From: Candidatus Xenobia bacterium
GTDB lineage: Bacteria; Vulcanimicrobiota; Xenobia; Xenobiales; QWHO01
Length of the DNA: 64,000 nt
Assembly: GCA_045863235.1 (NCBI GenBank)
Contig: BTUM01000008.1
Location: 32,001-96,000, forward strand
Reading direction: 5' to 3'
Shown: in pieces, positions 29,718-41,917 of the stretch
Layout: every line of letters begins with the position of its first letter
Position numbering within the stretch: the stretch's first letter is position 1
The notes under the pieces: generated by a model
Told to the model about the DNA's origin: nothing
The model's input: the letters and a program-made list of their open reading frames with translations, nothing else
The model's database searches: none
Made by a program: the position numbers and the translations under genes

Positions 29718-30894
29718 AGTGCACGTGATGACAGTCTTCGGGACGCGCCCGGAGGCGATCAAGATGGCTCCTGTGGTGCTGGCCCTGGCGGCTGATCCGC
29801 GCGTACGCGTGACCAACGTCGTCACCGGCCAGCACCGCGAGATGCTCGATCAGGTGATGCAACTGTTTGGCATCTCGCCTGACGTCGACCTGAACATCAT
29901 GCAACCCGGCCAGACCCTTTCGGCCATCACCACGCGCACCCTGGAGGGACTCGAACCGGTGCTAAGGCAGCACCAACCCGACGTGGTGCTGGTTCAGGGA
30001 GACACCACCACCGCCTTCGCCGCCGGGCTGGCGGCTTTCTATCATAAGATTCCGGTCGGCCACGTAGAAGCCGGCCTGCGCACCGACGATCGCTACGACC
30101 CCTTTCCCGAGGAGATCAATCGGCGACTCCTGACCACCCTGTGCGAGATGCACTTCCCCCCCACTCACACCTCCTACTCGATCCTGCGCAACCTCGACGT
30201 GTGTCAATCGCGCATCCATTTGACCGGCAACACGGTCATCGACGCCCTGCATCGAATCCTGGCCGAGACCCCCCCCGGCCTGCCGGGCGATCTCCAGGGC
30301 ATCTCGGCGGAAAGCCGCATCCTGCTTGTAGAAACGCATCGTCGCGAAAATCTCGGCAAGCCCATGCAGGATATCTGTGAGGCCCTGCGAACGCTCGTGA
30401 AAAAGTTCACAAACACCGTCCTGGTGTTCAGTGTCCATAAGAATCCGCAGGTACGGGAAGTCGTCTTCCCGGCTCTAGAAGGGCTGGAGCGGACCTACCT
30501 GCTGGAACCGGTTGATTACCCGGTTCTGCTCCGGTTGATGAGAGAGTCAACCCTTATCCTGACCGACTCGGGGGGAATTCAGGAAGAGGCTCCCGCTCTC
30601 GGTAAGCCGGTGCTGGTTCTCAGGCGGACCACTGAACGCCCGGAAGGCATCGAGGCTGGAGTCTCCCGTCTGGTGGGAACCGACCCCGCGCTCATCGTCG
30701 AAGAGGCTTCCCGGCTTCTGACCGACCCGGAGGAATACCGGAAGATGAGCCAGGTCGCCAACCCGTATGGAGACGGCCGGGCCTCCGAGCGGATCGTCCA
30801 GGCCGTGTTACACCGGTTTGGCCATCTACCAGAACGGCCGCCAGACTTTGTCTATGCGCCTTCTGGCTCGGAGCTCGGAGCTACCCTCAAATGA
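29698..30894 (+). CDS. wecB: UDP-N-acetylglucosamine 2-epimerase (non-hydrolysing)
   Basis: GTRPEAIKMAP, GQHREML, QGDT, HVEAGLR, DSGGIQEEA, NPYGDG; exact start uncertain. Confidence 0.96.
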   Translation: MPTPPNKVHVMTVFGTRPEAIKMAPVVLALAADPRVRVTNVVTGQHREMLDQVMQLFGISPDVDLNIMQPGQTLSAITTRTLEGLEPVLRQHQPDVVLVQGDTTTAFAAGLAAFYHKIPVGHVEAGLRTDDRYDPFPEEINRRLLTTLCEMHFPPTHTSYSILRNLDVCQSRIHLTGNTVIDALHRILAETPPGLPGDLQGISAESRILLVETHRRENLGKPMQDICEALRTLVKKFTNTVLVFSVHKNPQVREVVFPALEGLERTYLLEPVDYPVLLRLMRESTLILTDSGGIQEEAPALGKPVLVLRRTTERPEGIEAGVSRLVGTDPALIVEEASRLLTDPEEYRKMSQVANPYGDGRASERIVQAVLHRFGHLPERPPDFVYAPSGSELGATLK

Positions 30895-31187
30895 GCGATG
30901 AAGAGGAGTCCGGCGGACGCCCCTCCCGCTCGCTCGAGGAAGTAGAACAGAAGATTCGTGAGTTAAAGGAACCCCGTAAGGGTGACCTGACTCTGGGGCG
31001 AGGAATGGCACTGGTCTTCTCGCTGGGCTTCGCGGTGGTGGGCGCTCTCTATGGCGGCTACCTCTGCGGACACTGGCTCGATCAGCGCTACCACTCGCAG
31101 TTCTTCACTCCGGTGATGGTGCTGGTGGGTCTTGGCCTGGGGGTGTTTGTGGGCTACCGGCTGATCAAGCCATTGCTGGAGGACTGA
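30891..31187 (+). CDS. AtpZ/AtpI (gene 1) family protein
   Basis: G...G.WLD motif, two TM segments, first gene of the atp block. Confidence 0.8.
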   Translation: MSDEEESGGRPSRSLEEVEQKIRELKEPRKGDLTLGRGMALVFSLGFAVVGALYGGYLCGHWLDQRYHSQFFTPVMVLVGLGLGVFVGYRLIKPLLED

Positions 31188-31193
31188 AGGGAA

Positions 31194-31475
31194 ATGCCTA
31201 CGGGCATCTTGGCGGGACTATTGTTGGGAGCGGCCCATCTGGCCCTGTTTCACCGCGGGGTGAGCCTGGCCTGCTCCATTCGCCGCCCCACGGCCGCGCG
31301 CTGGGTAGCTTTCATGCTCAGCGCCATGCGCTTTCTGATGACCGCCTCGGCTGGCTACGCAATGGTGCATTCGGGCGTTTCGGCGCTGGGACTGGGAATT
31401 GGACTGCTGGTCGCCCTGTACGCCTATCGCATCAGCCTGATGATGATTCCAATGCCCAGGGAAAGCAGGGTCTGA
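31194..31475 (+). CDS. atpI: ATP synthase I-like membrane protein
   Basis: Three hydrophobic helices with a conserved-type Arg (SAMRF); directly upstream of atpB. Confidence 0.65.
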   Translation: MPTGILAGLLLGAAHLALFHRGVSLACSIRRPTAARWVAFMLSAMRFLMTASAGYAMVHSGVSALGLGIGLLVALYAYRISLMMIPMPRESRV

Positions 31476-31476
31476 G

Positions 31477-32445
31477 ATGATGCTGTGGTTGGCTCAGGAG
31501 GTCGAAGCACATGGCGCCCACGGCGCTCACGCCGCTGGCGATTACAGTATGTACTACATCCCCATCGGTTCGACGCTGTTCGTTTACCTGATCATCTTCG
31601 TCACGGCCTCCATGGCCCGCAGCGGCATCGGCATCATCCCTCGGGGTTGGGGCGCCGTCTACGAGCACATCTTCGACTGGCTCGACGGCCTGGCCCAGGA
31701 TCTGATGGGCCCTGAAGGTCGCAAGTACGTGCCCTTCGCCATGTCGATCTTTCTCTTCGTTTTGGTGTCGAACTGGTCGGGACTGTTGCCCTGGCCGACT
31801 TTCGGGGAGGGGCATGATGCCATCAGCTACATTCCCCCCTCGACCTCGTTCAACACCACCCTGGCACTGGCCCTGATCTCCTTTGGCTCCTTCAACCTGT
31901 TCGGCTTGCAGAAGCGGATCTTTCCGCCCAAGGAAGAGGAGCAATCGCACGTGGGCCACGCCGAGCACGAGCCCGAGGTGCCCGGCCACCCGGTCCCGCA
32001 CCACCACAATCCCGGCGGACTGGCCGGTCTGGGCGTCTGGATTGCCCACTTCTGGCAGCCAACTCCTCAGTTGTGGGCTTCGATGGAAGGTGCCATGCGT
32101 TACACGCTGGTGCCGGTGCTCTGCGTCCTCTTCATCTTGCTCAACATCGTGGAAGAGTTCGCCCGCATCATGTCGCTGTCGATTCGACTCTACGGCAACA
32201 TTTTTGGCGAGTCCAGCGTGCACCACAACCTGATGGCCACCATGTGGAACTTCTTCAACGTCGCGCTGACCTCGCTGGCTCAGGGCAACCTGGGCGGGCT
32301 CGGAATGGGCGTGATGGTGGTGGTGCTGTGGGGTGCGTCCATCTTCGCAACCTGTCTTGGCGGCCTGGCGGGATTCATCCAGGCCATGATTTTTTCGGTT
32401 TTGACTCTCAGCTACATCGGCCACGCCGTGGCCGACGAACACTGA
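31477..32445 (+). CDS. atpB: F0 subunit a
   Basis: SNWSGLLP, SLSIRLYGN (essential Arg), IQAMIF..LT..YI. Confidence 0.95.
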   Translation: MMLWLAQEVEAHGAHGAHAAGDYSMYYIPIGSTLFVYLIIFVTASMARSGIGIIPRGWGAVYEHIFDWLDGLAQDLMGPEGRKYVPFAMSIFLFVLVSNWSGLLPWPTFGEGHDAISYIPPSTSFNTTLALALISFGSFNLFGLQKRIFPPKEEEQSHVGHAEHEPEVPGHPVPHHHNPGGLAGLGVWIAHFWQPTPQLWASMEGAMRYTLVPVLCVLFILLNIVEEFARIMSLSIRLYGNIFGESSVHHNLMATMWNFFNVALTSLAQGNLGGLGMGVMVVVLWGASIFATCLGGLAGFIQAMIFSVLTLSYIGHAVADEH

Positions 32446-32481
32446 GGATCAGCAACTTGGGTAACCAGGCATAGGAGGTAC

Positions 32482-32811
32482 ATGGAAATGTTTTTCAAGA
32501 TGCGTAAAGCGCTGCCGATGCTGGTAGGCATTCTCCTCAGCATGACGGCCTGCGCCTTCGCTCAAGATGGTGGAGCAGCCCCTTCCCCGCGGTATGCAGC
32601 GTTGCTGGCCGCGGGTCTGGCCATCGGGCTGGGAACCATCGGCCCGGGCATCGGCCTTGGCAGCGGTGTGGGGAAAGCGATGGAAGCCATCGGGCGGAAC
32701 CCCGAAGCGGCCGGCACCATCCGGAACGTCATGCTGATCGGTCTGGCATTCATCGAGGCCCTCTCGATCTACGCGCTGGTCATCGCCTTCATTCTCCAGG
32801 GCGCCCAGTAA
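32482..32811 (+). CDS. atpE: F0 subunit c with an N-terminal signal-like extension
   Basis: GIGLG, AIGRNPEA, AFIEALSIY. Confidence 0.97.
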   Translation: MEMFFKMRKALPMLVGILLSMTACAFAQDGGAAPSPRYAALLAAGLAIGLGTIGPGIGLGSGVGKAMEAIGRNPEAAGTIRNVMLIGLAFIEALSIYALVIAFILQGAQ

Positions 32812-32818
32812 GAAACCT

Positions 32819-32863
32819 CGCCTGTTCCCACCGGGAGCCTCGTCAGGGGCTCCCGGCCAGGCG
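32819..32863 (+). promoter_or_regulatory. Stable hairpin between atpE and the b' gene
   Basis: CCGGGAGCCTC-gtca-GGGGCTCCCGG with outer CGCCTG/CAGGCG pairing; no U tract. Confidence 0.6.
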
Positions 32864-32879
32864 CGCTATTTGAGGAACT

Positions 32880-33383
32880 ATGGAAACGATCGCTTCGGTT
32901 CTGAAGAGTCTGAGTTTTGATCCAGTCTTATTCTGGTTTCAATTCGTCATGTTCTTCGTGTTCCACTACACGCTCAAGGGACTGCTCTACGGACCTTTGA
33001 TGCGGGTGCGTCTGGAACGAGACGGAAAAGTTTCAGGTCGACTGAAGGAGGCCGAGCAAGTGGCGGCAGCCGCCCGGCAACTGAAGAACGACTACGATGA
33101 GGCGATTCGGTCGGCCAGACTGGAGGCCCAGGCCGTCCTGGCCCAGGCCGACCACGAAGGCAAGACCCACAAGGAGGCCCGGGTGGCCGAGGCCCGCGAG
33201 GAAGCTCGCAAAGTGGTCGAGGAGACCCAGCTGAAAGTTGATGCCGAACGACAGGCTGCCCTGGCGAGCCTGCAGGCGGACATCAAGGAATTGTCGACTT
33301 CCATCATCGATCGACTGGTGTCGCCTGCTTTGAAGGGTGCCGACAAGGACAAGCTTTTGAGCAAGATTCGGAGCGCTTCCTGA
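32880..33383 (+). CDS. F0 subunit b'
   Basis: Single N-terminal TM, P...V..ER, long coiled coil. Confidence 0.88.
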   Translation: METIASVLKSLSFDPVLFWFQFVMFFVFHYTLKGLLYGPLMRVRLERDGKVSGRLKEAEQVAAAARQLKNDYDEAIRSARLEAQAVLAQADHEGKTHKEARVAEAREEARKVVEETQLKVDAERQAALASLQADIKELSTSIIDRLVSPALKGADKDKLLSKIRSAS

Positions 33384-33384
33384 T

Positions 33385-33882
33385 ATGCACGGCGAGAACA
33401 TCTTCAGCTGGATCATCACCCTGATCAACTTCGCCATCCTTTACGTCCTGTTTGACATGATTTTGATCAAACCGATGATTCAGGCCGCTAAGGACCGCGA
33501 GACCCGCGCCAAGAACAATCTGGATGAGGCCGAAAGTCTCTACCAGGATGCTGTGAAGCACAAGGCCGAGTATGAGAAGCTCCTGACCGGGCTATCAGCT
33601 GAAAAAGAGCAGATCGCCAGGCACGCTCAGGAAGAAGCCCAGCGAATCAGGGAATACTTCGAAGAAGAGGCCGTGCGCGAGGCCGACTGGGTGCGGCAGC
33701 GCGCCTCCTCGGAAGCGGAGATCCTTCGTCGTCAGGCGACTCTCGAGCTGCAGGACCTGGCTTCCGAGCAATCGGTGACGCGGGCCAGGCAGTTGCTGGA
33801 AGCCAATCTGGCCGCCGGCGACAAGAAAGCGATCCTGGCCAACTTCGTAGAACGGGTAGGCACCACCAAGCATGCTTCTTGA
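33385..33882 (+). CDS. atpF: F0 subunit b
   Basis: INFAIL...KP......R, coiled coil. Confidence 0.88.
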   Translation: MHGENIFSWIITLINFAILYVLFDMILIKPMIQAAKDRETRAKNNLDEAESLYQDAVKHKAEYEKLLTGLSAEKEQIARHAQEEAQRIREYFEEEAVREADWVRQRASSEAEILRRQATLELQDLASEQSVTRARQLLEANLAAGDKKAILANFVERVGTTKHAS

Positions 33883-34432
33883 AACGGTCGCAAATCGTTA
33901 CGCAGAAGCTCTCTACGGGATGGCCAAGGCCGAGGGCAAGGCCAAGCAACAGCTCAAAGAGCTCGAGCAGGTCAGCGCCGTGATCGCCAACTCGCGGGCC
34001 CTGGGACGCGCCGTCCAGTCGCCAACCATTCCCCCCGCGGTCAAGAGGAACATCCTGCGCGACGTGCTCAAGAAGGAGAAGCTCAGCCCTCGAACGTTGC
34101 ACTTCTTCTACTTGCTCGTGGACAAGAGCCGCGAGCTCTACGTTCGGGCCGTGGTGGACTCGTTCCGCGAGTTCTTGCGGCGTGACGAGGGCGTGGTGAA
34201 GTGTCGCGCCGAGGTGGCCTCGCCTCTGGACGAGGAAATGAAAGCCCGCCTGATCGAGCAGATCGCCAAAGCCACCAAAATGAAGGTGGAGCTGGAGGTT
34301 GTGGAGCGGCCAGAGCTGTTGGCCGGGGCCATTCTCACTGTGGGGGACCGCCTCATCGACGGAAGTTTCAGCAGCCAGTTGACCAATATTCGAAAACGCT
34401 TCGCTCGACTCGAGCGAGCGGTTGTCTACTAA
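33872..34432 (+). CDS. atpH: F1 subunit delta
   Basis: [15 protein letters not shown]...VGDRLIDGS. Confidence 0.95.
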   Translation: MLLETVANRYAEALYGMAKAEGKAKQQLKELEQVSAVIANSRALGRAVQSPTIPPAVKRNILRDVLKKEKLSPRTLHFFYLLVDKSRELYVRAVVDSFREFLRRDEGVVKCRAEVASPLDEEMKARLIEQIAKATKMKVELEVVERPELLAGAILTVGDRLIDGSFSSQLTNIRKRFARLERAVVY

Positions 34433-34442
34433 GGAGGATCTC

Positions 34443-35963
<1,521 letters not shown>

Positions 35964-35972
35964 GGAGCTGTC

Positions 35973-36833
35973 ATGGCCAGCGAACGCGATATCAAGCGGC
36001 GCATCAAGTCGTGCCGCAATGTCCAGCAGATCACCAAAGCCATGAAGATGGTGGCAGCGGCCCGCATCAAGAAGGCCGAAAACCGGCTCAAGGCTTCCAA
36101 GCCTTATGCGCTCAAGCTGCAAGAGGTCGTCACCGAGCTCTGCTCGCAGCTCGAGGGGGCACTCCATCCCTTGATGGAAGCTCGACCGGTGGAGAAGGTC
36201 GGGGTGGTCATCGTGACCTCGGACAAAGGCCTCTGCGGCGCCTACAATAACAATCTGCTCAAGCTGGCCTTCAACTACCTCGAGACTACCCTGCGCAGCA
36301 AGACCGTCAAGCTGATGGCGGTGGGCTCCAAGGGCGTCAAGTTCCTGACCCGCCGCCGGCGTGCCATCGCCGTCGAGCGAGTCAAGTGGAACCCCGAATA
36401 CCCCCTGGCCCAGGAGCTGGCCCAGGAGCTGAGCCACTGGTACACCTCCGGCGAGGTCGACCAGGTGCTGTGCTTCTACACCCAGTCCATCAGCGCCATG
36501 AATCAGAAGCCGGTCTTGGAGACCTTGCTGCCGCTCAAGGCCGAGAAGAAGGAGGGGGAGCAGAGCCCCCTCCCCTACGATTTCGAGCCCAGCGCCGAGC
36601 AGTCGCTCGGAATTTTGCTGCCGCGCTACCTCCAGACCCTGATGTTCCGGGTGTTGATGGAGAGCCGGGTGGCCGAGCTGGGCTCGCGGCTCAAATCGAT
36701 GACCAACGCCACCGACAATGCCGATAAGCTGGCTGGTGAGCTGACTTTGTTGTTCTACCGGATCCGGCAAGACAACATCACCAAGGAAATTTTGGAAATC
36801 TCCGGCGGCGCCGAGGCGCTCAAGGCCCGTTAA
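35973..36833 (+). CDS. atpG: F1 subunit gamma
   Basis: ITKAMKMVAAA, SDKGLCGAYN, RQDNITKEILEI. Confidence 0.98.
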   Translation: MASERDIKRRIKSCRNVQQITKAMKMVAAARIKKAENRLKASKPYALKLQEVVTELCSQLEGALHPLMEARPVEKVGVVIVTSDKGLCGAYNNNLLKLAFNYLETTLRSKTVKLMAVGSKGVKFLTRRRRAIAVERVKWNPEYPLAQELAQELSHWYTSGEVDQVLCFYTQSISAMNQKPVLETLLPLKAEKKEGEQSPLPYDFEPSAEQSLGILLPRYLQTLMFRVLMESRVAELGSRLKSMTNATDNADKLAGELTLLFYRIRQDNITKEILEISGGAEALKAR

Positions 36834-36849
36834 GTGCTCAGCGGATTAG

Positions 36850-38322
<1,473 letters not shown>

Positions 38323-38325
38323 GTC

Positions 38326-38733
38326 ATGAATACGTTTCACATGGAAATCGTGACCCCCACCGAGGTCAAGTTCGCCGGTCAGCTGCGTCAGGTTGTCGTC
38401 AGCGGGGTGATGGGCCAGATGGGCATTCTGGCCCAGCACGCTCCGCTGCTGGCGATGCTGCAGCCCGGTCCGATGGCCTACACCGATGCCAACGGCAAGG
38501 TCAGTCGGCTGGCTGCCGGGGCGGGCTTCGTGCAGGTCGCCGAGAACAAGGCGGTCTGCCTGGTCGACTTTGCCGAGCGACCGGAGGAGGTCGACCTCGA
38601 CCGTGCTAAAAAGAACCTCGATGAGGTGCAGAAGAAGCTGCAGGACCTGGGAGCGACCTCGGCCGAGCGCGAAGCACTGCGCGACGAGCTGAAGGCAGCT
38701 CGGGCCCGGTTGGAAGTCGCGGGCCACAAGTAA
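38326..38733 (+). CDS. atpC: F1 subunit epsilon
   Basis: EIVTP, GILAQHAP, GFVQV. Confidence 0.96.
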   Translation: MNTFHMEIVTPTEVKFAGQLRQVVVSGVMGQMGILAQHAPLLAMLQPGPMAYTDANGKVSRLAAGAGFVQVAENKAVCLVDFAERPEEVDLDRAKKNLDEVQKKLQDLGATSAEREALRDELKAARARLEVAGHK

Positions 38734-38747
38734 AGGAGGCGGATCGT

Positions 38748-40025
38748 TTGGCCAGGCTGGTGGTGCAGGGTGGAAAACCTCTCCAGGGAAGCATCCCGGC
38801 CTGCGGGGCCAAGAATGCCGCCCTGCCGATCATCGCCGCCGCCATTCTGGCGAAGGGCGAAGTGGTGCTCGAGCGCGTACCCGACATCTCCGATGTCTGG
38901 GTGATGTCCGACATCCTTCGGGCCATCGGGGTCAAGGTCGAGTTCGAGGGCAAGGGACGCATGCTGCTCGACTCACGCAACGTCTTCACCACCACCGCAC
39001 CCGACGACCTGGTGCGCAAGATGAATGCCTCTTTCGATGTGGCCGGGCCTCTTCTGGCCTGCTATGGAGAAGCTCGCGTCTCGCTGCCCGGAGGCTGTCG
39101 GCTCGGCCCGCGGCCCGTGGACCTCCATCTGGAAGGCTTCAAGAAGCTGGGGGCCGAGATCCTCAGCGAGGGCGGCTTTGCCCATGTGCGGGTGGCTGGC
39201 CGGCTGCAAGGGGCCCACATCCGCTTTCCCAAGGTCAGCGTGGGTGCCACCAAGAACTGCTTGATGGCGGCCACCATGGCCGAGGGCGTGACGCTGCTCG
39301 AGAACTGCGCCCGCGAGCCCGAGATCGGCGATCTGGCCGACTTCCTGGTCAAGATGGGGGCCCGCATCGAAGGCATCGGAACCTCTCGCCTGCGGGTCCA
39401 CGGGGTCGAGCGCCTGCACGGAGCGAGCCACACGATCGTGGCCGACCGCATCGAGACAGGCACCTACCTGATCGGCGGAGCTGTGACCGGAGGCGATGTC
39501 ACTTTGACCGAGTGCGAGCCCGAGCACGTGGCCGCCCTGCTCGACCACCTGCGCGAGGCAGGCCAGGAGGTCAGCGTGGGCGATCGCTGGGTGCGAGTCC
39601 AGGGAAGACGTCCCATCCGGGCCCTGGATGTCTCGACCGCCCCCTACCCCGGCTTCCCGACCGACCTCCACCCCCAGCTGGTCTCCCTGCTCTGCCTGGC
39701 GGAAGGCACCAGCACGCTGCAGGAAAACATCTTCTCAGGTCGGTTCATGTATGTGATGGAGCTGGTGCGTCTGGGTGCCAAGGTCAAGGCCGAGGATCGC
39801 CACGTCGTCATCAAGGGGGTCAACAAGCTCAGCGGCGCCCCCGTGGACGCCCCCGACATCCGCGCCGGAGGCGGCCTGGTGCTGGCGGCCCTGGTGGCCG
39901 AGGGTGAGACCGTGATTTCGGGCGTGGAGTTTGTCGACCGCGGCTACCAGGACCTCGAGCAGCGCCTGTCGGCACTGGGGGCCGATATCGTACGCGTGCA
40001 GGGCCCCCTGCCTCAGGTCGCCTGA
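38748..40025 (+). CDS. murA: UDP-GlcNAc enolpyruvyl transferase
   Basis: GAKNAALP, LPGGC..G.RPVDLH (active-site Cys present), DRIE.GT, PGFPTD, DIRAG. Confidence 0.97.
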   Translation: MARLVVQGGKPLQGSIPACGAKNAALPIIAAAILAKGEVVLERVPDISDVWVMSDILRAIGVKVEFEGKGRMLLDSRNVFTTTAPDDLVRKMNASFDVAGPLLACYGEARVSLPGGCRLGPRPVDLHLEGFKKLGAEILSEGGFAHVRVAGRLQGAHIRFPKVSVGATKNCLMAATMAEGVTLLENCAREPEIGDLADFLVKMGARIEGIGTSRLRVHGVERLHGASHTIVADRIETGTYLIGGAVTGGDVTLTECEPEHVAALLDHLREAGQEVSVGDRWVRVQGRRPIRALDVSTAPYPGFPTDLHPQLVSLLCLAEGTSTLQENIFSGRFMYVMELVRLGAKVKAEDRHVVIKGVNKLSGAPVDAPDIRAGGGLVLAALVAEGETVISGVEFVDRGYQDLEQRLSALGADIVRVQGPLPQVA

Positions 40026-40031
40026 CCCCTC

Positions 40032-41000
40032 GTGCACCTCGGCGTCGACCTGGGCACGACCTGGGTCAAGGTAGCCACCACCTCCCGCGGGGTCATTCTG
40101 CGCGAGCCCACCCTGGTCGCCGTCGAGCGGAACTCGGGGAAGATCGTCGAGACCGGGGAGAAGGCGGCTCGCTTGCTGCAATCGCAGAGCCCCACGGCGG
40201 GCAGCCTGGTGGCGCTGCGCCCGGTACGCGAGGGAGTGGTCGCCAGCCTGGAAGCTGCCGACGCGCTGCTCCACCACATCTTCAAGCGCGCCAATCGCTA
40301 TCGCGTCTGGCGCCCGACCGTGTCCATCGGCGTTCCGGCCGAAGTCACCAAGGTCGAGCGGAGAGCCGTTGTAGAGGCCGCCCTCAAGGCCGGAGCGCGC
40401 CGCGCTGAGCCTGTTCCCTGTCCCCTGGCGGCCGCCCTGGGAGCCCGCCTCGATCTGAGCGAGCCGGAAGGCCACATGATCGTGGATCTGGGGGGAGGCT
40501 GCACGGATGTGGGCATCCTCTCGATGCAGTCGCTGGTGGTGGCCGGCACCGTGCGCCTGGGCGGCCAGCAACTGGATGAAGCCATCCAGCGCATGCTGCG
40601 CCGGGTCCACAGCGTGATGATCGGCGAAGCCACCGCCGAGCAACTCAAGCTCCAACTGGGCACCGCATTTCCCCAGCCCAGCCAGCGCACCATGGACGTG
40701 AACGGGCAAGACCTGGTGGACGGCCTGCCCCGCACGGTCACGGTGAGTGAATCCGAGGTCCGCGAGGCGCTCGAGCAGCCCCTGGGCGAGATCGTGGCGG
40801 GTCTGCGTCAGGTGCTCGAACGCACCCCTCCCGAGCTCTCGGGAGACGTCTACGAGAGGGGGATCGTGCTCACCGGTGGAGCGGCCCGGTTGGTAGGGCT
40901 GGACACGATGCTGGAGCGGCTCCTGGGCGTCAAGGTGCGGGTGGCCGACCAGCCCGAGGACTGCGTGGCCCTGGGAGCCTGTCGACTGGCCTCGGGATAG
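40032..41000 (+). CDS. Divergent MreB/Mbl-family actin
   Basis: GVDLGT, EP..VA, RP...GVV, T.VERRAV, VDLGGG.TD, LERTPPEL, LTGGAA. Confidence 0.88.
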   Translation: MHLGVDLGTTWVKVATTSRGVILREPTLVAVERNSGKIVETGEKAARLLQSQSPTAGSLVALRPVREGVVASLEAADALLHHIFKRANRYRVWRPTVSIGVPAEVTKVERRAVVEAALKAGARRAEPVPCPLAAALGARLDLSEPEGHMIVDLGGGCTDVGILSMQSLVVAGTVRLGGQQLDEAIQRMLRRVHSVMIGEATAEQLKLQLGTAFPQPSQRTMDVNGQDLVDGLPRTVTVSESEVREALEQPLGEIVAGLRQVLERTPPELSGDVYERGIVLTGGAARLVGLDTMLERLLGVKVRVADQPEDCVALGACRLASG

Positions 41001-41780
41001 TCAGCCGCCGAGTTGGTCCAGGCGCTGCTGCAGCTGACGGACCTGCTCCTCCAGGGCCTCGGCTCGGAGGCGCTCGGCGTCGGTCCGTTCTCGCTCGGCC
41101 ACAGCCCGCTCTCGCTCGGCATCGGCCCGCTCTCGCTCGGCATCGGCCCGCTCTCGCTCGGCTTCGGCCCGCTCTCGCTCGGCTTCGGCCCGCTCTCGCT
41201 CGGCCATGACAATCGACCTCGCCTCCTCGATCGACAGGTAGGGAGCCCCCGTGGTGAGGTTCACCAGACGCAAGAACTCTCGCTCCACGACGATATCGAG
41301 CCCGAGAAGCTCGCTTCGATAGCTCCCCTGAGTCACCACGGGGACCAATTCCTGGCCTTCCCGGCGGTAGACCCGAAACTGGCCCGGCAAATACTCGCCC
41401 AGCGGGTCGAACAAAAAGTATTCCTGCACGCCCATCTCGGAGTAACGAATCCGCTTGGCGTGTTGATCAGTCTTGCGCGAGGTACGCGAGGTGACCTCGA
41501 AGACCGCCACCGGAGGCCCACCGTCGAGCCAGGTTCGGAAGACGCGTCGTTTCTCGTGGCTGCACCCGAAGGCGACGAAAACGTCCGGTGATACCTTGCG
41601 GTCGCGATTGCCGGGCTGATCATACACGAACATGTTGGAGAAAGCCCAGGCATCGGGCCGCTCGGCGAAGTGGGCCCGCAAAGCTCCCAAAAGGTAGTGA
41701 ATGGCCACCACATGCCAGTCGGACTCGGTCACCGTGTCCTCGTAGTAAGGGTAGAACTCCTCCTGGTCAGGTGCGAGCAT
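41001..41780 (-). CDS. Uma2/DUF820 PD-(D/E)XK-like protein with a heptad tail
   Basis: ESDWH, SPDVFV, FEVTS, K...Y..MGVQEYFLFDP; GAGGTG RBS. Confidence 0.9.
   Translation of the reverse strand: MLAPDQEEFYPYYEDTVTESDWHVVAIHYLLGALRAHFAERPDAWAFSNMFVYDQPGNRDRKVSPDVFVAFGCSHEKRRVFRTWLDGGPPVAVFEVTSRTSRKTDQHAKRIRYSEMGVQEYFLFDPLGEYLPGQFRVYRREGQELVPVVTQGSYRSELLGLDIVVEREFLRLVNLTTGAPYLSIEEARSIVMAERERAEAERERAEAERERADAERERADAERERAVAERERTDAERLRAEALEEQVRQLQQRLDQLGG
41080..41205. repeat. 21-bp coding tandem repeat, six copies (AERERA[E/D/V])
   Basis: TCGGCCCGCTCTCGCTCGGCN units, contiguous with no spacers. Confidence 0.92.
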
Positions 41781-41917
41781 GGTTCACCTCTTGATTGGAT
41801 TCGACCAGAGAGGGGGAATATCCCCGAGTGGGTCTGTGAAGCCAAAGGAAGATCCTTTGAGGGAGGGGGCTCGACGCCTCTGGTCAGCCCGAGTGGACAG
41901 CGGTTCTTGAATTACCC

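Noticed and set aside
41080..41205. Possible CRISPR array
   Set aside because: Contiguous in-frame repeats without spacers, and no cas genes
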